Positions 43,284 to 52,382 of a stretch of DNA of 64,000 bases are shown one piece after another. Location of the stretch: positions 64,178-128,177 of the forward strand of contig CACGAG010000004.1 in the NCBI GenBank assembly GCA_902571005.1, in the 5' to 3' direction. Positions within the stretch are counted from its first letter, which is position 1. The number at the start of each line of letters is the position of its first letter. The notes under the pieces are model-generated. The model worked only from the letters and a program-made list of their open reading frames with translations, did not search any database and was not told where the DNA came from. This DNA is from an uncultured Pelagibacteraceae bacterium. GTDB lineage: Bacteria; Pseudomonadota; Alphaproteobacteria; Pelagibacterales; AG-422-B15. The position numbers and the translations under genes are program-made.

Positions 43284-44305
43284 TAGCTGCTTCTGCCAAT
43301 TTCAAGCATACGATCAATTGAAAGACGAGCTTTATCAATAATTGCCTTATCAACTTGAATTTGATACTGGTTAAATCGTATTGCATCATAAATTTTTTTT
43401 AGAGAAATTCTTTTCATATGAGGACATAGATTACAAGGTCTGATAAATTCGACATTAGGATTTTCTATGGCAACATTGTCACTCATCGAGCATTCCGTAA
43501 CCATAATTACCTTTCCAGGTTGATTGTCTTTTACATAATTACTCATTCCAGCCGTTGAGCCAGCGAAGTCACTTACCGCAATTACTTCAGGAGAACATTC
43601 AGGGTGAGCTAATACAACAATATCTTTGTGTTGTTTTTTATATGCCATTATTTCATCGGCAGTAAATCTCTCATGAACCTCACATCGCCCTTTCCAAGAA
43701 ATAATTTTCACATCTGTTTGGGCTGCAATATTTTTTGCAAGGTATTCATCAGGTAGAAATATAACTTTATCAACACCTAAAGATTCTACTACATGTTTTG
43801 CATTACCTGATGTACAACACACGTCAGTTTCTGCTTTTACATCAGCTGATGTGTTTACATATGTAACAACTGGTACGCCAGGATATTTTTGCTTTAATAA
43901 TCTTATATCCTCTGCAGTTATAGATTCAGACAAAGAACATCCTGCGCGAGTATCTGGAATTAAAACATTTTTGTTTGGGCTAAGTATCTTTGCTGTTTCA
44001 GCCATAAAATGAACACCACATACAATTATTGTATCTGCATCAGAGTCTCTTGCCTCATAAGCCAACTTTAATGAGTCACCAACAATGTCAGATACACAGT
44101 GGAAGATTTCAGGTGTCTGATAATTGTGAGTTAATATAGCAATATTTTTTTCTTTTTTTAGCTTATTTATTTCATGAATAAGCGGAGCATGAAATGGCCA
44201 CTCAACCTCAGGTATAATTTTCTCTACACCTTTATATAGATGAGCTGTTGCATCTTTTACTTCAGAATTAAAATCTGATGGATATTGCAAATTATCATTC
44301 AACAT
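43283..44305 (-). CDS. nadA: Quinolinate synthase
   Basis: [37 protein letters not shown]. Confidence 0.95.
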   Translation of the reverse strand: MLNDNLQYPSDFNSEVKDATAHLYKGVEKIIPEVEWPFHAPLIHEINKLKKEKNIAILTHNYQTPEIFHCVSDIVGDSLKLAYEARDSDADTIIVCGVHFMAETAKILSPNKNVLIPDTRAGCSLSESITAEDIRLLKQKYPGVPVVTYVNTSADVKAETDVCCTSGNAKHVVESLGVDKVIFLPDEYLAKNIAAQTDVKIISWKGRCEVHERFTADEIMAYKKQHKDIVVLAHPECSPEVIAVSDFAGSTAGMSNYVKDNQPGKVIMVTECSMSDNVAIENPNVEFIRPCNLCPHMKRISLKKIYDAIRFNQYQIQVDKAIIDKARLSIDRMLEIGRSS

Positions 44306-44397
44306 TATTATTTTTTAATATAGTTTAATATTACAATTATAGTTAAATGTATATATTTCAACATATCAACAATTATAAAAAAAAAAGGATAAAAGCT

Positions 44398-44483
44398 GCC
44401 GTCGTGCTGGAATTGGTAGACAGGCTGGTTTGAGGGATCAGTGAACATGGTTCGTGAGAGTTCGAGTCTCTCCGACGGCACCA
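44398..44483 (+). tRNA. tRNA-Leu (anticodon GAG)
   Basis: Acceptor GCCGTCG/CGACGGC, anticodon loop TTGAGGG, long variable arm, encoded CCA. Confidence 0.95.
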
Positions 44484-44510
44484 AAAAGTCAATCTAATGG
44501 TTAATATTTT

Positions 44511-45395
44511 ATGAAAATTCTATTTATTGGCCCTACAAGAATAGGTGACACAATACTATCTACTTCAATATTAAACTTTTATATTAAAAAGTTTGATAAA
44601 TGCAGCATTTCAGTTGTAACAAGTTCATTTGCAAAAGATTTATATAAATTTATGCCTCACCTTCATGAAATAATTGTAGTTGATAAAAAAAGATTTGGCC
44701 TTCATTGGTATAATATAATTAAATTTTCAATTTTTAAGAAATGGGATTTAGTAATTGATTTAAGATCATCAGCAACCTCTTATTTTTTGAATACAAAAAA
44801 AAGAATGATATTTAGAGGAAACGAACTATCACATAAAGTTATGCAATTTAGTAAATTTATAGACACTAAGGAAGCTCTTATTCCAGAAATATGGTATAGC
44901 CAAGAAGATGAAGATATAAGTTATAAAAAAATAAAATATGATGATCATTTAATTGCTGTTGCGCCATATTCTAATTGGCCAAAGAAGGATTGGTCATTGA
45001 AAAAATATAAAAATCTTTTTCAAAATGAATTTTTTAAAAACCACACATTAATACTAACAGGCGTTTCAAGGGATATTGTTAATAAAAGGGAAATAGAGGA
45101 ATTTATCAAGACGTCAGAATTAGAAATAATTAATTTATTTGATTGGGGAAATTTGAGAAATATGGTTCCCATATTTAAGAAATGCCGTTTTTTTATTGGA
45201 AGCGACAGTGGTCTGATGCATCTTGCGGCATCTTCAGGATGTAAGACATTTGCTCTTTTTGGACCTACGAATGATTTGGTATATGGACCATGGGGAAATC
45301 ACAAAGTAATTAAATCAGATAAAGATCAAGATTATGGTCTTGAAAATTTACCTGTTGAAAAGGTACTAAATAGCATAAAAGAATACATAAGATGA
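44511..45395 (+). CDS. Glycosyltransferase family 9 (heptosyltransferase-like)
   Basis: RIGDTIL, WDLVIDLR, FIGSDSGLMHLAA, ALFGPT. Confidence 0.88.
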   Translation: MKILFIGPTRIGDTILSTSILNFYIKKFDKCSISVVTSSFAKDLYKFMPHLHEIIVVDKKRFGLHWYNIIKFSIFKKWDLVIDLRSSATSYFLNTKKRMIFRGNELSHKVMQFSKFIDTKEALIPEIWYSQEDEDISYKKIKYDDHLIAVAPYSNWPKKDWSLKKYKNLFQNEFFKNHTLILTGVSRDIVNKREIEEFIKTSELEIINLFDWGNLRNMVPIFKKCRFFIGSDSGLMHLAASSGCKTFALFGPTNDLVYGPWGNHKVIKSDKDQDYGLENLPVEKVLNSIKEYIR

Positions 45396-46702
45396 TTGAC
45401 CTCATAATAAAAAATGGAAAAATAATAACTCATAATGAGGAAAAAATAGCTGATATTGCCGTAAAAAATGGAAAAATATTCAAAATTGGAAATCTAGTTA
45501 ATTTAAAGTCAAAAAAAACCATTGATGCAAAGGGTCTGCATATTTTACCTGGTGCTTTTGATACACAAGTTCATTTTAGAGAACCGGGTAATACAAAAAA
45601 AGAAAATCTCAAAACAGGAAGCTTAGCCGCTGTTGCAGGAGGGATCACCTCAGTTTTTGATATGCCTAATAACAAGCCGAGCATTACAACAAGAAAGCTT
45701 TTTATGAAGAAATTGCAAACTGCAAAAAAGAGAATGCATTGTAACTACGCTTTTTATTTTGGAGCTGAGAAAGATAACATTAAAGAAATTAAAAAAGTTG
45801 AAAAAGTAAAAGGTTGTTGTGGTGTAAAAGTTTTTGTTGGCTCTTCAACTGGAACATTACTCGTTTCAAACCATAATGATATTGAAAAAATAATGAGAGC
45901 AACGAAGAAAATGATTTCATTCCATTCTGAAAATGAAGATATGCTTATTACTAGAAAAAAATATGCTAAAAAAGGAAAGCCATTGAGCCATCAAGTGTGG
46001 AGAAATGTAGATACAGCCTTAAGTTCTACTAGAAAGCTGATCAGATCAGCTAATAGAAGTAAGAAAAAAATACATGTACTTCATATAACAACGGCAGAAG
46101 AAATAAAGTTGCTTCTAAAAAATAGAAAATATGTCTCATTTGAAGTAACCCCTCAACATTTAATATTGGCATCTCCTGATTGTTATAAAAAACTGGGTAC
46201 CTACGCTCAGATGAATCCACCTATCAGAGGAACTAGACACAGAAATGTTCTTAGAAAAACATTACAAAAAGGCCAAATTGATATTATTGGATCAGATCAC
46301 GCTCCTCATTTAAAATCTGAGAAAAATAAAATTTATCCAAATAGCCCATCAGGAATGCCTGGTGTTCAAACGCTACTTCCAATTCTTTTAAATGAGGTTA
46401 CAAAAAAGACGATTTCTCTCAATGATGTAGTAAAGCTAACAAGCTTTAATCCTAAAAAAATCTTTAAGATTAAAAATAAGGGGTTAATTAAAATTGGTTA
46501 TGACGCAGATCTTACAATTGTTGATATGAATAAAACTAAAAAAGTTTTGAATAAAGATATGAAAACAAAGTGTGGATGGACACCTTTCAATGGCATGAAA
46601 CTTACAGGTTGGCCTGTTGGAACAATAATAAATGGTAAAGCAGTATTTTGGAAAAACAAAATCAATAAGTCAGTATTTGGAAATCCAATAAGTTTTAATT
46701 AG
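45392..46702 (+). CDS. pyrC: Dihydroorotase
   Basis: DTQVHFREPG, DMPNN, FHSE, HVLHIT, SDHAPH. Confidence 0.9.
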   Translation: MIDLIIKNGKIITHNEEKIADIAVKNGKIFKIGNLVNLKSKKTIDAKGLHILPGAFDTQVHFREPGNTKKENLKTGSLAAVAGGITSVFDMPNNKPSITTRKLFMKKLQTAKKRMHCNYAFYFGAEKDNIKEIKKVEKVKGCCGVKVFVGSSTGTLLVSNHNDIEKIMRATKKMISFHSENEDMLITRKKYAKKGKPLSHQVWRNVDTALSSTRKLIRSANRSKKKIHVLHITTAEEIKLLLKNRKYVSFEVTPQHLILASPDCYKKLGTYAQMNPPIRGTRHRNVLRKTLQKGQIDIIGSDHAPHLKSEKNKIYPNSPSGMPGVQTLLPILLNEVTKKTISLNDVVKLTSFNPKKIFKIKNKGLIKIGYDADLTIVDMNKTKKVLNKDMKTKCGWTPFNGMKLTGWPVGTIINGKAVFWKNKINKSVFGNPISFN

Positions 46703-47472
46703 CTACGAGCAATAAAAGAAGAATTTTTAAAATCACGCTTACCATAACGCAAAATTTTTCGATCTAACGTTTTTATTCTGCCACCCGCAAATCTTAATAT
46801 TGCATCTCCAGCGGCCGTATCCCATTCCATGGTAGTTCCAAACCGAGGGTAAACATTTGCTAAGCCATGTGCGATGTAACATAATTTTATTGAACTTCCT
46901 GAGCGAATTATTTTATTAGCATTAAATCTTTTAAAAATCCTTTTTTTTGCTTTTTCTGCTTCGCTCTTAGCGAGTGAATGAGATCTACTTAGAATGACTA
47001 TATTTTTATTTCTTTTTTTAACTTTGATTTTTTTTATATTATTAATCTGTCCCTTTTTATTTAATTTTGAAAAATAAGATTTTTTATCTTTTGTGAAATA
47101 GAGCTTATTCTTAGTTGGTAAATAGATAATACCAAAAACTGGTTTTTTATTTTCAATTAGACCAATATTTACAGTAAATTCACCGTTACCTTTTAAAAAT
47201 TCTTTTGTACCATCTAACGGGTCTACTAACCAAAATCTGTGAGCAGCTTTACCTTTTTTAATTTGCTCTTCAGAAACAATTGAAATATCAGGAAAATGTC
47301 TTTTTAAACCCCTACAAATTATATCATTTGCCTTGATATCTGCATTTGTAACAGGTGTATTATCGGACTTGTATTTTTTGGTTACCTTTTTTTTATAGAT
47401 TTTAATGATTTCAACACCGGCAAGATGAACAATCCTAATTAATTCATCAAGTTTTTCAGTTGTTATGTGCAT
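46699..47472 (-). CDS. cysQ: 3'(2'),5'-bisphosphate nucleotidase
   Basis: PVT.AD, SEE, WLVDPLDGTKEF, EWDTAAG. Confidence 0.92.
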   Translation of the reverse strand: MHITTEKLDELIRIVHLAGVEIIKIYKKKVTKKYKSDNTPVTNADIKANDIICRGLKRHFPDISIVSEEQIKKGKAAHRFWLVDPLDGTKEFLKGNGEFTVNIGLIENKKPVFGIIYLPTKNKLYFTKDKKSYFSKLNKKGQINNIKKIKVKKRNKNIVILSRSHSLAKSEAEKAKKRIFKRFNANKIIRSGSSIKLCYIAHGLANVYPRFGTTMEWDTAAGDAILRFAGGRIKTLDRKILRYGKRDFKNSSFIARS

Positions 47473-47546
47473 ATCAGGAGTAAAGCTTGTAAAATAGACA
47501 ATAAGACAAATATATTATACATACCAGAGCAAAATTATTAAATCGT

Positions 47547-48641
47547 ATGGAAAACAATGTAAATAGCATAAAGGGAAATAATCCTATTGTAGTAGCTATG
47601 TCAGGCGGTGTTGACTCTTCAGTAGCTGCTGCGCTCATGAATAAGGATTATGAAGATGTAATAGGTGTTACTCTGAGACTATATGATGAAAAAAAAGTAG
47701 CAAACTCTAAAACATGTTGTTCGGGTGCGGATATAATGGATGCAAAAAAAATAGCTAACACCATAACTATACCACATTACGTTTTTGACTATGAGGAAAT
47801 TTTTAGAAAAAATGTTATTGAGCCTTTTATTAACGAATATAAATCAGGGAGAACCCCCATACCTTGCATAAATTGTAATGAAAAAGTAAAGTTTCTTGAT
47901 TTACTTTCTTTTGCAAAAGAAATTAATGCGAAATCATTAGTGACAGGGCATTATATAAAAAAAGCAAAGATTGATAATGAATGGCGATTGTATGTTCCAC
48001 AAGATAAAGAACGAGATCAGTCCTATTTTCTTTTTACGATGAAAAAAGAGGATCTAGATCTCATCGAATTCCCTCTGGGTGATTACAAAAAAGATGAGAT
48101 CAGGGATTTAGCTTTAAAACTAAACTTACACGTGTTCGATAAAAGTGATAGTCAGGATATTTGTTTTATACCTGATGGTGATTATAAAAAATTTATTAAT
48201 AAGAGCATTAAATTCAATGAGGGTGAAGTTGTAGATTTAGACGGAAATGTACTTAATAAACATGAAGGTATTCAAAACTTCACAATAGGACAAAGAAGAG
48301 GTTTAGGAGTTTCACAGGATGAGCCACTTTATGTAAAAAAAATTGATAAAGATAAAAACAGAATCATTGTGGCAAATAAGGATAATATTAGTTCCTCAAT
48401 TATATATGTTGAAAATATAAACTTAATTACAAACAAATTACCCGAGAATCTATATGTAAGAGTTAGATCGACTGGAAAATTATTAGATGCAAAAATAGAA
48501 ATCAATAAAAAGAATGGCGCAAAAATTTCTTTAGCAACTCCTGAAACAGCTATATCACCAGGTCAGGCCTGCGTTTTTTATTGTAAAGATGAAATAGGTA
48601 TACGACTTTTGGGAGGCGGTTGGATCCATTCGACAAATTAG
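47547..48641 (+). CDS. mnmA: tRNA 2-thiouridylase
   Basis: AMSGGVDSS, TPIPCINCN..VKF, TGHY, DQSYFL, SQDICF, PGQACVFY. Confidence 0.96.
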   Translation: MENNVNSIKGNNPIVVAMSGGVDSSVAAALMNKDYEDVIGVTLRLYDEKKVANSKTCCSGADIMDAKKIANTITIPHYVFDYEEIFRKNVIEPFINEYKSGRTPIPCINCNEKVKFLDLLSFAKEINAKSLVTGHYIKKAKIDNEWRLYVPQDKERDQSYFLFTMKKEDLDLIEFPLGDYKKDEIRDLALKLNLHVFDKSDSQDICFIPDGDYKKFINKSIKFNEGEVVDLDGNVLNKHEGIQNFTIGQRRGLGVSQDEPLYVKKIDKDKNRIIVANKDNISSSIIYVENINLITNKLPENLYVRVRSTGKLLDAKIEINKKNGAKISLATPETAISPGQACVFYCKDEIGIRLLGGGWIHSTN

Positions 48642-48668
48642 TAATATTGTATATTATGTCTCATCTTT

Positions 48669-48745
48669 GGCGGGGTAGCTCAGTTGGTTAGAGCGGAGGA
48701 ATCATAATCCTTAGGTCGGGGGTTCAAATCCCTCTCCCGCTACCA
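48669..48745 (+). tRNA. tRNA-Met (elongator, anticodon CAT)
   Basis: Cloverleaf; acceptor GGCGGGG/TCCCGCT; anticodon arm GAGGA-ATCATAA-TCCTT; encoded CCA. Confidence 0.92.
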
Positions 48746-48752
48746 AACAATA

Positions 48753-49997
48753 ATGTGGGATATTAGTTTGTTCTTAAAATTAAATATTTTTAAAATTCTT
48801 TTCATTAATACCTTATTCTTCATTAATGTTAATTTGTTATTTGCGGGTGAGTTAGCAATTATTAATTCTGAAAATGATAGATTTTTACTAGATAGTAAAA
48901 TTTACGAAAGAGCAAGAAAAGAGGGCATTGAAATCCATGATAGTAATGAGAGCTTGTCATATGATTATTCTAATTCACCAATAAATATAGAGGAAATAAT
49001 AAATAATAATTTTGATATTAATAAGAGTGACTATCCTTTTTTATTAGAAAAAAGTATTGTAGAAATAAATAACAATCCCAACTTTTCTATAAAAAAGCAA
49101 ATTCAAGATGAATTAATTAATAGAGTCATCGATAATAAAGAGCTTTTCAAGTATATGATTGGTTATCATAACATATTCACTTTGAAAGAATTTGAATTTG
49201 TAAGAAAAATTGAAAAGCAAATACATTATTTAGAAATTACAGGTCGATTTGGTCAGGTAATTTCTGGTATTTGTAAGTTTCAAGACTCTAATTCTGACAT
49301 AGTAATGGTTCTAATTACAGGTAGAGGAACTACAGCAAAAGCAATAATGGGCATGTCAGATAATATTGATTATTCAAATAATTTTGGAAAACATAGCTTC
49401 GAAAAGTTAAAAATAAATGTTTGTGCTATTGATATGTTCCCGCACGGAGATTTTCCATTACATCCTTATGGCTTATCAGGAAGAGGTGTATCCATTCTAG
49501 CGATTGAAGATTTTTTGCATTTCATAAAACAAAACTATGAAAACCAAACGAAAAAGTTAATTTTAGGTGGTATATCTAATGGTGGTCATATTGCCGAATA
49601 TACAAGCGTTATATCCGAGGATGTTGATGCAGTTATTTCAGCTAGTTCAGCATCAAGATCGGATTACTCATATTCACCTTATTCAAAGCTTAGTCTTGAT
49701 GGAGAAAAATACAGAAATTCTGACAAATCTTATGCAATGTTTGACTCCCTTTTTAGATCTGGCAGGATTTACAGACTTATTTCACCCAAGCCTCTTATCA
49801 TATCAATTGGTACTCACGACGGACATATAAGACAGAGTGATTCTGATTTTCCAGACAAAATAGACCAACTTAAAATCGCAAAAGAAGCTTATGGTAACAG
49901 TGAATGTTTGAAAATAAACTTATTTCGTGGAGGCCATGCATTCAACCCAAATCCAGACATAAAAAATATTCAATTAATTATTCAAAACTGCTTATAA
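48753..49997 (+). CDS. Exported/membrane-anchored alpha/beta-hydrolase (islet cargo)
   Basis: Hydrophobic N-terminus; nucleophile elbow GGISNGG, candidate Asp in SIGTHD and His in RGGH. Confidence 0.65.
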   Translation: MWDISLFLKLNIFKILFINTLFFINVNLLFAGELAIINSENDRFLLDSKIYERARKEGIEIHDSNESLSYDYSNSPINIEEIINNNFDINKSDYPFLLEKSIVEINNNPNFSIKKQIQDELINRVIDNKELFKYMIGYHNIFTLKEFEFVRKIEKQIHYLEITGRFGQVISGICKFQDSNSDIVMVLITGRGTTAKAIMGMSDNIDYSNNFGKHSFEKLKINVCAIDMFPHGDFPLHPYGLSGRGVSILAIEDFLHFIKQNYENQTKKLILGGISNGGHIAEYTSVISEDVDAVISASSASRSDYSYSPYSKLSLDGEKYRNSDKSYAMFDSLFRSGRIYRLISPKPLIISIGTHDGHIRQSDSDFPDKIDQLKIAKEAYGNSECLKINLFRGGHAFNPNPDIKNIQLIIQNCL

Positions 49998-50031
49998 TTT
50001 AAATTTCTCTTAAGAATCGGCTCTTTTTATT

Positions 50032-50076
50032 ATCATAATCCTTAGGTCGGAGGTTCAAATCCCTCTCCCGCTACCA
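50032..50076 (+). repeat. 3' fragment of tRNA-Met (att-like direct repeat)
   Basis: ATCATAATCCTTAGGTCGGAGGTTCAAATCCCTCTCCCGCTACCA; single G>A at 50051 relative to 48720. Confidence 0.95.
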
Positions 50077-50095
50077 TAAAATTTCTTAAATTGAC

Positions 50096-51211
50096 TTATT
50101 TAGATGCATCAAGGTATTCAATAATTTTTTTATCCCATGCATAGTTTTCATTAGCTCTTAACTTTCCATTTGCTCCCATACTTTCTCTTAGCTTTTTATT
50201 TTCAAGTAAGTATAAGATTTTTTCTGTGATCATTTTTTGATTACCAGGCTCACATATTATTCCTGTCTCATTATCTAAAATTGCGTCGCTTACTCCACCG
50301 CTATTACTTCCAATTGATGCAACACCATGAAATGAAGCATCAATGTAAGCCATACCAAATCCTTCAACTGATTCTCCCACAGTTGTAGGTGTCATAACAA
50401 ATAAATCGGATTGTTTTAGAATTAATGATTTTTCTGGTTCAGTTATCCATCCAAGAAACTTCACATTTTTCTCTAAATTCTTTTTTTTAGATATTTGTTT
50501 TATAGTTTCTAAATATGGACCTTTTCCTGCTATCAAATATAATACATTTGGAAATTTTTCCTTAATCACAGGTAATGCATTTAAAATAAATATATGACCT
50601 TTTCTCTTTTCAACTCTTGCAAGAGTTGTTATCACAGGTGAGTTTTTACCAATAATATTGGCTACATTTTTTTTATCTTCCTCAGTAATAAAATCATCAT
50701 AAACGTCTATACCTGGATGAATGATTTTTATGAGGTTTGTGTCTATTTTGAGAGAGGCTTGCATTAAATCCTTCGTGTAAGAAGAATTTGCCAAGATCTT
50801 ATAGACATTTTTGTAAGAATTAATAATTCTATTTTTTTTAAATCTTAATAAATCAAGCATTATAGTCCAATACTGTTTTGGAATTTCAGTCCCATGAGCA
50901 AGTACCAAAATTTTTTCCCTATATTTTTTCAAATATTCAATGCTTTTCCATGAGTCTGCATATATTGCTTTTACGTTTCTACTATTGCATATTTTTTCTA
51001 CGTACCTTGCTTTAGCCAATCTTCTGAGAGGTTTCCATCCTTTAAATCTTTTAATTTTATATTTTTGTTTACGATCAGTTTCGTGAGTTTTGCCATCAGC
51101 TAAAACGAGAACTTCAATGCCACGATTTGCCATAGCTTCTGCCATTCCAGTCATTAAAGATTCAATACCTCCAATTTTTGGAGCAAAGCATTGAGTTGTG
51201 ATAATGATCAC
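50096..51211 (-). CDS. Glycosyltransferase family 4 (PimA/PimB-like)
   Basis: F.PKIGGIE, ANSSYT, ARVEKRKG, EGFGMAYIDA, SGGVSDAI. Confidence 0.88.
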   Translation of the reverse strand: MIIITTQCFAPKIGGIESLMTGMAEAMANRGIEVLVLADGKTHETDRKQKYKIKRFKGWKPLRRLAKARYVEKICNSRNVKAIYADSWKSIEYLKKYREKILVLAHGTEIPKQYWTIMLDLLRFKKNRIINSYKNVYKILANSSYTKDLMQASLKIDTNLIKIIHPGIDVYDDFITEEDKKNVANIIGKNSPVITTLARVEKRKGHIFILNALPVIKEKFPNVLYLIAGKGPYLETIKQISKKKNLEKNVKFLGWITEPEKSLILKQSDLFVMTPTTVGESVEGFGMAYIDASFHGVASIGSNSGGVSDAILDNETGIICEPGNQKMITEKILYLLENKKLRESMGANGKLRANENYAWDKKIIEYLDASK

Positions 51212-51221
51212 TTAAACTTCT

Positions 51222-51782
51222 TTATTCTTTCCATTTTATTGAACATCCAATGCTTGGTATCTGATCCTTTGGACCTAAACCCGTTTCTGAAACTTTTATC
51301 ATTGCTTCTAAAAGTTCTTTCTTCGCATTTGGAATTATCTCCATCTTAGATTCTTCAAGTCTACCTCTATACTGAAGTTCATTATCTGCATTAAACCCAA
51401 AAAAATCTGGAGTGCACACAGCATTATATTTACGTCCGACATTTTGTGTCTTGTCATACACGTATGGAAATACAAAATTATTTTTCTCAGAAAATAACTT
51501 CATGTTATCAAATGAATCTTCTTCTCCATATTTTGGATCATTTACATCATTAGACATTATTGCAATCACACCAATACCTTTTTCTTTGAGTATGGTTATA
51601 TCTTCAACAATTCGATGTATTACTGATTTCACATACGGACAATGGTTGCATATGAACATCACGAGCGTTCCATTTGGACCTTTAATATCTTGAAATGAAT
51701 AGTATTTATTATCAATGCCAATGAGATTAAATTCTGGAGCCTTCCATCCAAAATCACAAATAGGTGTTTCTAATGCAACCAT
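51222..51782 (-). CDS. Thioredoxin-fold protein (AhpC/TSA family)
   Basis: FICNHCPYV, AVCTPDFF, YRGRL, SIGCSIKW. Confidence 0.88.
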   Translation of the reverse strand: MVALETPICDFGWKAPEFNLIGIDNKYYSFQDIKGPNGTLVMFICNHCPYVKSVIHRIVEDITILKEKGIGVIAIMSNDVNDPKYGEEDSFDNMKLFSEKNNFVFPYVYDKTQNVGRKYNAVCTPDFFGFNADNELQYRGRLEESKMEIIPNAKKELLEAMIKVSETGLGPKDQIPSIGCSIKWKE

Positions 51783-51851
51783 AATTTTCTTTCTATTGTT
51801 TAAATATCCAATTATCTTTACTATATTTCTTACTTAACTAAATAACAAGAT

Positions 51852-52382
51852 ATGATCTATTCACTCGGAGATAAAAAAATAAATCAAGATAATGTAGACT
51901 TCTGGGTCGCACCAAGTGCCTCTGTGATAGGAAATATTACATTGAAAAAAAATGCAAGTGTATGGTTTGGAGCTGTTTTAAGGGGTGACAATGACCCAAT
52001 AATTGTCGGTGAAAATTCTAATATTCAAGATAATTCTGTTTGTCATACGGATGATGGAATGCCATTAATGATAGGGGACAATGTCACAGTAGGTCATAAA
52101 GTTATCTTACATAGTTGTTCAGTGGGCAATAATTCTCTCATAGGAATGGGCTCAACAGTTTTAAATAAGGCAAAAATAGGTAATAATTGTTTGGTTGGCG
52201 CTAATACTCTAATAACTGAGGGAAAAGAATTTCCTGACAATAGCCTTATAGTGGGATCCCCTGGAACTGTTAAAAGAGAATTGACAGATATGGAAAAAAA
52301 GATAATTGAATTTAGTGCTTTTCACTATGTTGAAAATATGAAAAAATTTAGGCATAATTTAAAAGAAGAAAATATTGAATGA
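51852..52382 (+). CDS. Gamma-carbonic anhydrase-family hexapeptide-repeat protein
   Basis: WFGAVLRGD, SNIQDNSVCH, TVGHKVILH. Confidence 0.9.
   Translation: MIYSLGDKKINQDNVDFWVAPSASVIGNITLKKNASVWFGAVLRGDNDPIIVGENSNIQDNSVCHTDDGMPLMIGDNVTVGHKVILHSCSVGNNSLIGMGSTVLNKAKIGNNCLVGANTLITEGKEFPDNSLIVGSPGTVKRELTDMEKKIIEFSAFHYVENMKKFRHNLKEENIE

Larger units (their letters stand above)
48701..50076. mobile_element. Integrase-less single-gene genomic islet at tRNA-Met, bounded by attL/attR-like repeats
   Basis: 45-bp direct repeat 48701-48745 / 50032-50076 (44/45 identical) enclosing one very AT-rich gene. Confidence 0.85.

Noticed and set aside
32766-44483. att-like repeats of tRNA-Arg or tRNA-Leu 3' ends
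   Set aside because: No second copy found by eye in the window
48669-48745. CAT tRNA as tRNA-Ile2 (TilS substrate) or initiator fMet
   Set aside because: Paired position 1-72, no three consecutive G-C pairs in the anticodon stem, and G2-C71/C3-G70 fit elongator Met
50032-50076. Second functional tRNA-Met
   Set aside because: Lacks the 5' acceptor strand, D-arm and 5' anticodon stem
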